This document shows, one piece after another, positions 30,252-40,130 of a stretch of DNA of 64,000 nucleotides. Both the position numbers and the translations under genes were made by a program. A model generated the notes under the pieces. That model worked only from the letters and a program-made list of their open reading frames with translations, had not been told where the DNA came from and made no database searches. Every line of letters starts with the position of its first letter. Within the stretch, counting starts at the first letter, position 1. Source of the stretch: Bacteroidota bacterium (lineage in GTDB: Bacteria; Bacteroidota; Bacteroidia; 2-12-FULL-35-15); the NCBI GenBank assembly GCA_025963715.1, contig JAOQAG010000048.1, forward strand, positions 5,553-69,552, given 5' to 3'.

Positions 30252-31028
30252 CTAATCCACCTTTTTCAACTGATAAAGCATTTCGCCCAATTTCAGGTCA
30301 ATGCATACTTTATCGGTTGTATCAAAGTCCGTGCATGTTGTTTTATAAAGGATCAAACTATCATTTATAAACTTAAAACCCATTTTCAGCACGAATTGTT
30401 TATCGTTTAAAAAATCAATTGTGTTAAAATGGGGAACGCCTTCATAATCTGAGTAATCAATTTTCGGTTTGTAAGAATTTAACATCGGGAAACCAATCAA
30501 ATCACCGTTTTCTTTAAACTCCACCGTTTTATTTCCCATCATGTATTTTCCTTTGAACAGGAATTTTTCTAAGATTTTATAATCGTTTTGCTGATCCTGT
30601 TTTCCTGCAAAAATAAAAATGTTTGTATCGATCTTTATTTTGTTCGTGTCCGGCATTTCAATTTTTAAATTTTGTGAATAACCGGTCGCACTTTTTGTCG
30701 CACTTTTTAAATAATAATCGTTTGCATTTTTTGTAAGGACCAATCCTTCAGCACCGTCATAAAAACCATAAACAAACCAGGTTGTATCTCCTGTTTTTTC
30801 AGGAATGTAAATACAACTCCGGTCGGCAATAAATTGTGCATCTATCGGCGAACGGTCTTTACTGATCGCATCCACATATTTTTTATTTACCCAAAGTCCC
30901 GGAAGTAAAATGCCTCCGGTTGTGTTTACAATACTGTCTTTTGCCGCTATTTGTTGCCCGCCGTTATTTGGCGCGCTGCAAGAGCAGATCAGTAATGTAC
31001 CCAAAAATGCAAACGAAAATAATCTCAT
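30252..31028 (-). CDS. Hypothetical lipoprotein
   Basis: 'LLICSCSAP' lipobox. Confidence 0.5.
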   Translation of the reverse strand: MRLFSFAFLGTLLICSCSAPNNGGQQIAAKDSIVNTTGGILLPGLWVNKKYVDAISKDRSPIDAQFIADRSCIYIPEKTGDTTWFVYGFYDGAEGLVLTKNANDYYLKSATKSATGYSQNLKIEMPDTNKIKIDTNIFIFAGKQDQQNDYKILEKFLFKGKYMMGNKTVEFKENGDLIGFPMLNSYKPKIDYSDYEGVPHFNTIDFLNDKQFVLKMGFKFINDSLILYKTTCTDFDTTDKVCIDLKLGEMLYQLKKVD

Positions 31029-32972
31029 TTATTTTTTAATATCGCCGTTTGGGTTATTGTCTTTTTTCGGTTCCGCTCCATCATTCTTTTTTGTTGCGTC
31101 GATCATCTCCATCAGTTTCAATCCCAGCAAACCATTCATTGGATTGGCTTCGCCACCGTTTCCGTTGATCAATACATCCGGAATGATTTTGATCTTGCCT
31201 TTTCCGATCTCTTCCGTGATCTTGTATTTTGTAAAGTTATCGCCGCCCATTGCACCAACTGCTAATTGATATGCTTCCGCAGTGGATTTACCGATCGCTA
31301 AAATTTTTCCCGCTTCGGCATTTCCGGTTACTGCAATTTTTTCTGCGTCTGCATTCGCAATTAATTTGGTTGCTTCTGCATCGGCTTGTGCTTTGTAACG
31401 TGTAGCTTCTGCAGATGCATTGGCGCGCATCTTGATCGTTTCAGCTTCAGCCTGTACCTGTAATTTGATACTGGTTGCATCACCTTCCGCTTTCTTAACA
31501 GTAGCATTGGCAGTACGTTCAGCGATCTCCACACTTTGCTGTGCTTTTACGATCTCTTTCTGCATATCGGCAATTGCCGTTTCTTTTTCTACACCCTGGC
31601 GTTTTTCCTGCGCTTTTTTCTGTGTTTCAAATGTCAGTTCTTCTTCCTGCGCAATTTTACGATCCGTTAATGTTTTCATCAGCGATGCAGGTGGAACAAT
31701 GTCGCCGATCAGCGTATCCACTGCATTTACATTGTATTCCTGCAATACTTTGCTGATGTGCTCTTTTGCCGATTGCTGGCGCTCTTTACGCGATCCAAGG
31801 AAAGAGATCACATCACTGTCCTGTGCCGAGTTACGGAAATAGTTACCAATAGTAGGTTCCAGCACCTGCGATACTAAATTGTTCATATTCCCGAAACGCG
31901 CAATTACTTTTGGCGCTTCCGTAGATGGAATGTGAATGATCTGCGCCACATCCAGGTTGAACGGGAAACCGTCTTTGGAACGTACCGTGATCGTGGATAA
32001 ATTTTTATCCAGGCTGTGCGATTCGCTGCGTGCATTTGCCCAGTTCAATACTAGATTGGTGGTAGGTACCAATTCCACTTTCATGATGTATTTGTTCAGC
32101 GGATATTTTCCCGGACCGTAAGGCTCGTTCCATACCCCTTTGTGTCCTTTTTCATAAATATTACCGTGCTTAAATTCCAGCCCGCTGGTATCTGTTCCTT
32201 CTAAACCAATGTAGGAAATTACCACGCCCACATGCCCGATCGGAATCTCCGTCATCGGTGTTTCTTCAATTTGTACCGCCCATGGATTGATGTTGTATGA
32301 ACCTGCCAGGATAATCTGCGGCTGCAAACCCCTGTTTCCGCCATTGCTCAGGAAAAAGTCGAAATCCTGGAAATTATTATGTCCTTCAATTGTTTTACCG
32401 GCAATCTGTCCGCCTTCAATGGGTGTCCCATCCAGCGTGGTTACAATCCCCACCATACTTTCGTGGATCTGAATCATGTCCACTTCGTTTACCGTAAATA
32501 AAAATGTATTGATCCTGTACGATCCTGCTGTAATGTATGCCGACTGGCGGCCTTTTTGTCCGCCGTTATTTAAAAATTTTTCAGCATCCTGAAAATTTTC
32601 ACAATCCACTTTACGGCCTAAAATGGCACCGGTTGGGATAGAATTTCCATCTTTTGAAAGCACCAAACCGATTTTTCCCTGCGGAATAATAATGAAGGGT
32701 TGGCGCATCACTTCGTATTGCCATACCCACATTCCGAAATACAATCCCGGCGCAAGTGTTTTTGCCTGGAAACCTGCTTCACCACCGGTAGCGATGATGC
32801 GGCTGTCGGATAATTGCCTGTTGAGGCCGAAGAGCGCAAACTTTTTTGTTACCAGTCCGATCCGGTCTTCCGGAATGATTACCATTCCGCAAAGGATGCG
32901 GAGAATAACTTTGTAAAGTGCAATCATGAGGATCAATAAAATGATCCACCAGTAGCTTGATAAAAATGCCAT
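31029..32972 (-). CDS. Flotillin-like SPFH/band-7 family protein
   Basis: N-terminal TM helix, SPFH domain, a long coiled-coil ('EKRQGVEKETAIADMQKEIVKAQQSVEIAER...') and an Ala/Glu-rich repeat region. Confidence 0.8.
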   Translation of the reverse strand: MAFLSSYWWIILLILMIALYKVILRILCGMVIIPEDRIGLVTKKFALFGLNRQLSDSRIIATGGEAGFQAKTLAPGLYFGMWVWQYEVMRQPFIIIPQGKIGLVLSKDGNSIPTGAILGRKVDCENFQDAEKFLNNGGQKGRQSAYITAGSYRINTFLFTVNEVDMIQIHESMVGIVTTLDGTPIEGGQIAGKTIEGHNNFQDFDFFLSNGGNRGLQPQIILAGSYNINPWAVQIEETPMTEIPIGHVGVVISYIGLEGTDTSGLEFKHGNIYEKGHKGVWNEPYGPGKYPLNKYIMKVELVPTTNLVLNWANARSESHSLDKNLSTITVRSKDGFPFNLDVAQIIHIPSTEAPKVIARFGNMNNLVSQVLEPTIGNYFRNSAQDSDVISFLGSRKERQQSAKEHISKVLQEYNVNAVDTLIGDIVPPASLMKTLTDRKIAQEEELTFETQKKAQEKRQGVEKETAIADMQKEIVKAQQSVEIAERTANATVKKAEGDATSIKLQVQAEAETIKMRANASAEATRYKAQADAEATKLIANADAEKIAVTGNAEAGKILAIGKSTAEAYQLAVGAMGGDNFTKYKITEEIGKGKIKIIPDVLINGNGGEANPMNGLLGLKLMEMIDATKKNDGAEPKKDNNPNGDIKK

Positions 32973-33422
32973 AAGAGAATTGTTTGGTTAGTGTAAGATC
33001 TGCTTTAAAAACGCCACAGGGCGCAATTAATCGCAATCGAGTGCACAAAGATACTGCGAATTTTAACGGCGCGGCAGAAAGCAGGGCGTGATAATATTCA
33101 CAACATATTAACTAAAAATAGTTCAAAGTTTAAAGTTCAAAAGTTTAATTTTGCTGTGCGGATAACGCCCGCCTGAACGATTCGGGCAGGAACAGGAACG
33201 AATATTACGAATCTGTGGATCTACTAAATACCAATTTGTACTAATATACTAATCTGTGTGGTATGGATAACGAACAGGAACAAAACTTCGAATCTGTGGA
33301 TCTACTAAATACCAATTTGTACTAATATACTAATCTGTGTGTTATACAGATAGCGAACAGAAATGAATATTACGAATCCGTGTGATACTGTGTGTGATTA
33401 ATTTAAAATTTGTTGTGTACAT

Positions 33423-33485
33423 GTAGTTGCCAGGCTCTGCCTGGTGACAAATATCGAATGTCACCAGGCAGAGCCTGGCGCCTGC
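33423..33485. repeat. Third copy of the ~62-bp palindromic element
   Basis: 'gttgccaggctctgcctggtgacaaatatcgaatgtcaccaggcagagcctggcgcctgc'. Confidence 0.8.
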
Positions 33486-33524
33486 TTAAAAACTTTGAGA
33501 TTAAAATTTTGAATTATAAAACGC

Positions 33525-34766
33525 TTAGTGGCTGATATTTTCCAGCGCCTTTGGATCGTGTTTGTATTTGAAAACAAAAGGGAAAATAAGGCCCAGAACC
33601 AGCACGTATGCCGAAAATGTAAGCCAGATGCTTTGCCAGTCGCGCACATCGCCGCTGGTAAAATGATCGACGATGAGGCCGCTGCAATAACCGCCTGCCA
33701 TCGCGCCAAGCCCGTTGGTCATGAACATGAACAGGCCTTGTGCGCTTGCACGGATATTGGAAGGCGTTTCTTTTTCCACGAATAAAGATCCGGAAATGTT
33801 GAAAAAATCGAAAGCCATACCGTAAATGATCATGGAAAGTACCAATAAGGGCAACCTGCTGCCGGGATCACCGAAAGCGAATAATCCGAAGCGGAATACC
33901 CAGGCAAAGATGCTGATGAGCATTACTCTTTTAATGCCGAAACGGCGCAAAAAGAAAGGAATGGTAAGGATAAAAAGTGTTTCTGAGATCTGGGAAACGG
34001 ACAATAAAAGGTTGGAATGTTTTACGCCGAATGAATCGGGAAGTGTAGTTTTAAAGCTTTCAAGGAAAGAGCCGCCGAATGCGTTGGTGATTTGCAATGC
34101 CGCGCCTAAGAACATGGCGAATAAAAAGAAAACGAACATTTTGCGTTGTTTGAACAATACAAATGCATCGAGCCCCAGCGTTGAAAAAAGCGAGCTGCCT
34201 TTGGTTGCTTTTATGGGCGGACATTTAGCCAGTGTAAAGGCATAAATCCCCAGTACAAATGCAGAAGCAGCGCTAAAAATGAGCTGCATGGAGCTGGACG
34301 TCCAGCCGCACAGATCAACCACCCACATAGCCACTACAAAACCAATGGTGCCCCATACACGGATCGGCGGGAACTCTTTTACAATGTCATGTCCTTTTTG
34401 CTCAAGAATGGTATAGGAAACGCTATTGTTCAATGCAATGGTAGGCATGTAAAACATGGAATTGAGCAGCATTACCCAGAAAAAAGCATTGGGATCGGAG
34501 ATGGTGGAAGCGTACAATAAAAGTGCGCCGCCGATGATGTGGCAAGCACCCAGAACACGTTCGGCGTTGATCCATTTATCGGCTACAATACCCATTAACG
34601 TTGGCATAAACAGGGAGGCAATTCCCAGTGTGGAAAATACGGCGCCAATTTGCGAGCCGCTGAAATGCAGCGTGCCACCCAAATAATTACCGATAGAGAT
34701 TAACCAGGATCCCCATACGAAAAACTGCAGGAAATTTAAAAGAACAAGACGATTTTTAATTCCCAT
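33525..34766 (-). CDS. MFS nucleoside:H+ symporter family permease (NupG/XapB-like)
   Basis: 12 predicted TM helices; N-terminus 'LNFLQFFVWGSWLISIGNYL' is typical of nucleoside permeases. Confidence 0.7.
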   Translation of the reverse strand: MGIKNRLVLLNFLQFFVWGSWLISIGNYLGGTLHFSGSQIGAVFSTLGIASLFMPTLMGIVADKWINAERVLGACHIIGGALLLYASTISDPNAFFWVMLLNSMFYMPTIALNNSVSYTILEQKGHDIVKEFPPIRVWGTIGFVVAMWVVDLCGWTSSSMQLIFSAASAFVLGIYAFTLAKCPPIKATKGSSLFSTLGLDAFVLFKQRKMFVFFLFAMFLGAALQITNAFGGSFLESFKTTLPDSFGVKHSNLLLSVSQISETLFILTIPFFLRRFGIKRVMLISIFAWVFRFGLFAFGDPGSRLPLLVLSMIIYGMAFDFFNISGSLFVEKETPSNIRASAQGLFMFMTNGLGAMAGGYCSGLIVDHFTSGDVRDWQSIWLTFSAYVLVLGLIFPFVFKYKHDPKALENISH

Positions 34767-34816
34767 TGATCAAGGTATTGATGATTGGTTTGGATGTAAA
34801 AAGAAGATGTTTGAGC

Positions 34817-35467
34817 TTACGATTTTTTACGATTGTTCAATTCGTCACGGATGCGCGATGCTTTTTCATAATCTTCGTCAGACAATGCAGCATCTAATAA
34901 TTGCTTTAATTCCTCCGTTGATTTTTTTAAATAATCGTTCACATCAGCTTCCACCAGGTCGTCAATGTTTTCGGTCTCTCCGGTGGCATGTATCGCTTCG
35001 TCATCAAGGATGATCCCGGCTTGTGATAAAATAAATTCGTAAGTATTGATAGGGCAGTTAAACCGAACGGCAATGGCAATGGCATCGGAGGTCCGTGCAT
35101 CGATCTCCACATTTTTTTCGCTGTTGTTGCAAATGATCTTGGCAAAGAAAATACCTTCCACCAGGTTATAGATCAGTACTTCGCTTACGCTGATATCAAA
35201 ACCTTCTGCAAAGCTTTTAAATAAATCATGTGTAAGCGGGCGGCTTGGTGTCATTTTTTCCAGCTCAATGGCAATGGCCTGCGCTTCAAAGCCGCCAATA
35301 ATGATCGGCAGTCGGCGTTTACCTTTGGCCTCGCCCAATACCAGTGCATAAGCGCCGGTTTGTGTCTGGCTGTATGAGAGTCCTACGATTTCTAATTTAA
35401 CTTTTTTCACTTTCCAGTTTTTTACCGCCCTTGTTTGTCTTTCAACATTTTGCGCGGGGATTTCCAC
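34817..35467 (-). CDS. Bifunctional nuclease (DUF151/BFN) with C-terminal UVR motif
   Basis: 'LPIIIGGFEAQAIAIELE...RPLTHDL', C-terminal 'DEDYEKASRIRDELN' (UvrB/C-like). Confidence 0.7.
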   Translation of the reverse strand: MEIPAQNVERQTRAVKNWKVKKVKLEIVGLSYSQTQTGAYALVLGEAKGKRRLPIIIGGFEAQAIAIELEKMTPSRPLTHDLFKSFAEGFDISVSEVLIYNLVEGIFFAKIICNNSEKNVEIDARTSDAIAIAVRFNCPINTYEFILSQAGIILDDEAIHATGETENIDDLVEADVNDYLKKSTEELKQLLDAALSDEDYEKASRIRDELNNRKKS

Positions 35468-35537
35468 AGTGTGTGCAGAAGTAAATATAAAAAATATTCT
35501 GCTTTATTTAAACATCACAATACTTGTAAGCAGTGAT

Positions 35538-36509
35538 TTAGTGATGATTTGCCTTGAACTCTTTCACTGCTGTAATTAATTTTGGTACGATCTCAAATGC
35601 ATCGCCCACAATACCATAATCAGCAGATTTAAAAAACGGTGCTTCTTTATCGGAATTGATCACGACAATGGTTTTGCTTCCGTTTACGCCAGCTAAATGC
35701 TGGATAGCGCCGGAAATCCCGATCGCGATGTATAAGTTTGGACGGATAGCAACGCCTGTTTGGCCCACATGCTCGTGGTGCGGACGCCAGTGCATATCTG
35801 CTACCGGGCGCGAACATGCAGTTGCAGCGCCTAATTCATGTGCTAATTCTTCGATCATTCCCCAGTTTTCAGGGCCTTTTAATCCGCGTCCTGCAGAAAC
35901 AACCAGTTCGGCATCCGGTAAATTCAATTCGGTAGTCACTTTTTTCACTTCTTTTACTTTTACAGGAGAGTTCACCGCATCTAAATTTACAGGAAAATCA
36001 ACTGCTTCCGCGGTTCCGTCGGTTAATGCTACCGGAAATGAATTGGGTAATAATGAAATAATTTTTACAGCAGAATTGATGCTGTACATGGCGGTTGCTT
36101 TTCCGGAGAACACATTTTTCTTAACGGAAAAAGCATCGCCTGAAATAACCGGATTATCAACCGCACCGGCAACAATGCCTGCTTTTAATTTAGCAGCCAG
36201 GCGTGGTGCAATTTCTTTTCCTGTAAAATCGTGGGAGAAGATGATGATCTTTGCGTCTTCGGATTTTACAGCCTGCTCAATGGCAGCGGTTAAATACATT
36301 CCGTCGAGGTTGGCTAACTTATCGTTTTTTAATTTCAATACTTTTTTTGCACCTGCTTTACCAAGGTCGGTAAGATCGGCATCACCGGCGATCACAGCCG
36401 TTGCAGTAGTGTTTAATTGTGCAGCAATGCGGCTTCCATAATTAATGGCTTCCAACGATGATTTTTTGACTTTGCCTTTTGCTATTTCTGTGTAAATGAG
36501 AACTGACAT
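35538..36509 (-). CDS. etfA: Electron transfer flavoprotein subunit alpha
   Basis: FAD-binding C-terminal domain 'IVAINKDKEAPIF'-like ('VINSDKEAPFFKSADYGIVGD'). Confidence 0.9.
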   Translation of the reverse strand: MSVLIYTEIAKGKVKKSSLEAINYGSRIAAQLNTTATAVIAGDADLTDLGKAGAKKVLKLKNDKLANLDGMYLTAAIEQAVKSEDAKIIIFSHDFTGKEIAPRLAAKLKAGIVAGAVDNPVISGDAFSVKKNVFSGKATAMYSINSAVKIISLLPNSFPVALTDGTAEAVDFPVNLDAVNSPVKVKEVKKVTTELNLPDAELVVSAGRGLKGPENWGMIEELAHELGAATACSRPVADMHWRPHHEHVGQTGVAIRPNLYIAIGISGAIQHLAGVNGSKTIVVINSDKEAPFFKSADYGIVGDAFEIVPKLITAVKEFKANHH

Positions 36510-36597
36510 GTTATAAATTTTAGATTTTTTGAATTTTAAATTTTTTGAATGTGTGCAAATTGAAAATAATTACCCTGATTTTTGAATTGTATTAAAT

Positions 36598-36987
36598 TTA
36601 AGAATGTCTGTAGTTATTCCTGGCTGTTGCAATTGATTTTGCTACTATTTTTAAAATTTCTTCACTTTCTTGTTTTAATTGCGTCAGTTGTTCTGCTTTG
36701 TAATCCAGATCTTCTATTACTTCAAGCCAGAATACTGTTTCATCTGCTTCTTCATTAACAATTCCAAGCTTTGCTATGAAATCGGCTTTTGATTTTCCCC
36801 TACAAGCTGCTCTGTAATTCGCTGCCGTGGAAGTTGCTGATTTTATAAGCTGATGTTTAATCACCAGCATTTCCTCATTTGATTTTATAGTTTTTAAATA
36901 CTTTATAATTGATACCGCTTGTTTTTTTGTTCTGGCTTTAAATGCATCAGCAAAAGCTGTATTTATTTTATTTTCCTCTATCTCCAC
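36598..36987 (-). CDS. Four-helix-bundle protein (TIGR02436 / '23S rRNA intervening-sequence protein' family)
   Basis: 'KSATSTAANYRAACRGKSKADFIAKLGIVNEEADETVFWLEV', the hallmark of this family. Confidence 0.75.
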   Translation of the reverse strand: MEIEENKINTAFADAFKARTKKQAVSIIKYLKTIKSNEEMLVIKHQLIKSATSTAANYRAACRGKSKADFIAKLGIVNEEADETVFWLEVIEDLDYKAEQLTQLKQESEEILKIVAKSIATARNNYRHS

Positions 36988-37021
36988 AATTCTAAAATTC
37001 TATAAATCAAAAATTCAAAAA

Positions 37022-37762
37022 TTAAATCACCTTAGCTTCGTTGTGCAGCAATTCGATCAGCTGCTCCGGATGAGCGGCATCAATATATTTGCAATCTGTG
37101 CGGCCTGCTGATAAGGTGTAAGAAGCAATGCTTGTTAATTTATCTGCAGCAGCAGCCGGTACTACCAGTAATGGTTTTGTACGTGCGCTCATGATTCCTT
37201 TCATGTTCGGGATGCGTTGTTCCGCCATTCCTTTGTTTGCAGAAAGCACTAATGGCAGCGGACATTCAACCACTTCGGTGCCGCCGTCAATATCATGCTC
37301 GATGGTAGCCACATTGTTTGTCACTTCCAGCTTGGTAGCTAAGGAAATATATGGGAGGCTCATCAATTCGGCAAGCATTGCGCCCACCATTGAACCGTTG
37401 TAATTGATCGTTTCTTTACCGGCCATGATCAGGTCAAAGCCTTTGTCTTTCGCGTAAGCGGCAATTTGCTCAGCCACGGCAAATGCATCATTTGCTTCCG
37501 CATCAATGCGTACAGCATCATCAGCACCAATTGCCAATCCTTTGCGGATGGTAGCTTCGCTATCGGCAGCGCCTACGTGGATAATGGTAACATTTCCTCC
37601 TTGTGCTTCCTTTAATTCCAGGGCACGCACCAAAGCATACCATTCGTCGTACGGGTTGATCACAAACTGAACGCCTGCAGTATTAAAGGTGGTATTGTCC
37701 GGGGAAAAAGTAATTTTAGTAGTAGTGTCGGGCACATTACTGATACAAACTAATATTTTCAT
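37022..37762 (-). CDS. etfB: Electron transfer flavoprotein subunit beta
   Basis: 'MKILVCISNVPDTTTKI...NPYDEWYALV'. Confidence 0.9.
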   Translation of the reverse strand: MKILVCISNVPDTTTKITFSPDNTTFNTAGVQFVINPYDEWYALVRALELKEAQGGNVTIIHVGAADSEATIRKGLAIGADDAVRIDAEANDAFAVAEQIAAYAKDKGFDLIMAGKETINYNGSMVGAMLAELMSLPYISLATKLEVTNNVATIEHDIDGGTEVVECPLPLVLSANKGMAEQRIPNMKGIMSARTKPLLVVPAAAADKLTSIASYTLSAGRTDCKYIDAAHPEQLIELLHNEAKVI

Positions 37763-37871
37763 ATAGTATATTGATTTATGTGATTTTTTTAAACGAAGCG
37801 CAAATTTAACAAATTAAGCTGTATAAAAAAAATGGAATTTTCGGGCTGTTTTCAGGTTGAAAAACAGGGTG

Positions 37872-38687
37872 TTAGAATTTAAACCCGATGGAAAGGGAAG
37901 AGCTGAAAGATGCGAATTGGATATTGTGAGAAAAGGAGTCGTTAATCAAATTAGCGCTGGCGCCTTTTTGAGTATAGGCATACGAAATACGATTGTAATA
38001 ATCGGCCTGCAACTCGGTAAAAAATGAAAGTGAGTGAATGGTAAAGTTATATCCTACAATCAATCCGCCTCCGGCAACAACTTTGCTTTGGTGGTTTTTA
38101 ACATGAGTGATCGTGGTTTCTGAAGTGGGAGCATAAGAAATTCTTGTATCTGTTGTTCTGATGGAGGTGGTATCGGTAGCAGCAGATACAAAAACGATGT
38201 GCAGCAAATTAAATTTAGGCTCCGCATACAGGTGTTTTCCATGGAATTCGAGCCCCAGGCTGTAGGTCATGTTATGGGAAATAATCTCAAAATGTTGCAC
38301 CTGGTCTTTCGTATAACTGGAACTCCAGTAAGGCGGTGATGTATGGTATCCTATGCTAAAATAACTGTAATAAGCTGCATACGCCAGCTTGTTGTAATTG
38401 TAATCAAAATTGAAACAAAAATTAAGGTGTTTTTTCAGTTTTACGCCTATGTATACTTTTATGATGGGTGAAAAACCGGTTGTATCATTACTGTATTTTA
38501 TGGACTGCGTTTCTGCATTAAAATGGCCGTATGAGTTTGCAAGGCGAATATCGTAATGAGGCCTTAAAACGTTATAATTAATACCAGCAGAAACTTTAAA
38601 TGAAAATATGCTATCGCCTGCAAAGCAATAATAAGGTATTGCTTGTAAAAAAATAAATATAAATGCAATGCAATATTTCCGTTTCAT
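37872..38687 (-). CDS. Hypothetical outer-membrane beta-barrel-like protein
   Basis: Signal peptide, alternating aromatic/hydrophilic pattern, C-terminal 'SLSIGFKF'. Confidence 0.5.
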   Translation of the reverse strand: MKRKYCIAFIFIFLQAIPYYCFAGDSIFSFKVSAGINYNVLRPHYDIRLANSYGHFNAETQSIKYSNDTTGFSPIIKVYIGVKLKKHLNFCFNFDYNYNKLAYAAYYSYFSIGYHTSPPYWSSSYTKDQVQHFEIISHNMTYSLGLEFHGKHLYAEPKFNLLHIVFVSAATDTTSIRTTDTRISYAPTSETTITHVKNHQSKVVAGGGLIVGYNFTIHSLSFFTELQADYYNRISYAYTQKGASANLINDSFSHNIQFASFSSSLSIGFKF

Positions 38688-38951
38688 ACAGCGCAGGATT
38701 GTAGCGGTTATTTTATATCTGTAAATGTAAGCAAAGAAAGCAATTGGTTAATTGCCGTTTGTGAAGTCATATCAGCCGTTTCTGAATTTTATTGACCAAA
38801 ATAAAATTTTTAATCCAAAACAAGTCATTTGATCTGCTTGAGTAGTTTGGATAAAAAAATACCAGAGGATCCTGCTGGTTGAATTCCAATAAAATGATTA
38901 CCTTTGAGGACTCAATTATTATTGAAGATACCACCAACCAATATAGATCAG

Positions 38952-39671
38952 ATGGAATACAATACTGCTCTGCCAAAAATGATTATCCCCGAATATGGCA
39001 GAAACATTCAAAAAATGATCGATTTTGCAATTACAGTTGCTGATCGTGAAGAACGTAATAAAGTGGCACGCGCCATTATTGATGTAATGGGTCAGTTGAA
39101 CCCGCATTTGCGCGATGTGACTGATTTTAAACACAAGCTGTGGGATCACTTGTTCATCATTTCCGATTTTCAGCTCGATGTGGATTCGCCATACCCGAAA
39201 CCAACCCGTGAAACGTTCCAGACAAAACCCGAGATCCTGAAATACCCGAGCAACGATATCCGTTACAAACATTACGGAAAAACGGTGGAGCACATCATCG
39301 CGAAAGCAAAAGAATACCCTGAAGGAGAAGAGCGCAACGAGCTGGTGAATCAAATTGCCAACCTGATGAAACGCTCGTATTTAAACTGGAACAGGGATAG
39401 TGTGAACGATGAGGTGATCCTGAAACAACTGACTGAATTATCGAAAGGACAGTTGGTTTTGGCGGATGCCAATGCATTGCGCAGCACACAAACATTTGTT
39501 CCGCGCAACAATAATGCAAGCAGCAATACCAGCAGCAGCAACCAGCACCGCGATAAAAAGAAACAAAACAATAACGGTGGTAAGCAGAATAATAATAACA
39601 ACAATAACGGGCACCGCCATCATAAAAATAATAACAACAACAATCCTAATTTTAAACGCAAGCCGTTTTAA
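38952..39671 (+). CDS. DUF4290-family protein with Asn/Lys/His-rich low-complexity C-terminal tail
   Basis: 'MEYNTALPKMIIPEYGRNIQKMIDFA' matches the conserved DUF4290 N-terminus. Tail is 'NNNNNNNGHRHHKNNNNNN'. Confidence 0.65.
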   Translation: MEYNTALPKMIIPEYGRNIQKMIDFAITVADREERNKVARAIIDVMGQLNPHLRDVTDFKHKLWDHLFIISDFQLDVDSPYPKPTRETFQTKPEILKYPSNDIRYKHYGKTVEHIIAKAKEYPEGEERNELVNQIANLMKRSYLNWNRDSVNDEVILKQLTELSKGQLVLADANALRSTQTFVPRNNNASSNTSSSNQHRDKKKQNNNGGKQNNNNNNNGHRHHKNNNNNNPNFKRKPF

Positions 39672-40130
39672 ATAATTGATTGTTTCAATTTTTTGAAAGC
39701 ACTTTTCTCTAAGGAAAGTGCTTTTTCTTTTTAAAGAAGTTCAAAGTTTAAAGTTCAAAAGTTTAATTTTGCTGTACGGATAACGCCCGCCTGAACGATT
39801 CGGGCAGGAACAGGAACGAATATTACGAATCTGTATATCTACTATACTAATATTTACCAATATACTAATCGGTGTGTATTATCCGCTTTGCGTTTTTCTT
39901 TGCGCCTTCTTTGCGTTTTTGGCGTTTAGCTTTTTCTGCGTTTAGCGAACTTTGAACTTTAAACTTTTGAACTTTAAACTTATTTAGCTATTAACAATCT
40001 TTAGTTCGTAAAAACCGCTTTTCCAGCTTCGGCTTTTACCATTTTAACTCTTACTTCGTAAAGCCGGTTTGGCAACTTTGATCCCGATAGCTATCGGGAT
40101 TAAACTTTTGAACTTTAAACTAAAGAAAAG

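Noticed and set aside
39295-39675. Several 60-85-aa ORFs on both strands over the DUF4290 tail
   Set aside because: They are artefacts of the aat/aac codon-repeat region and encode poly-Leu or poly-Asn strings.
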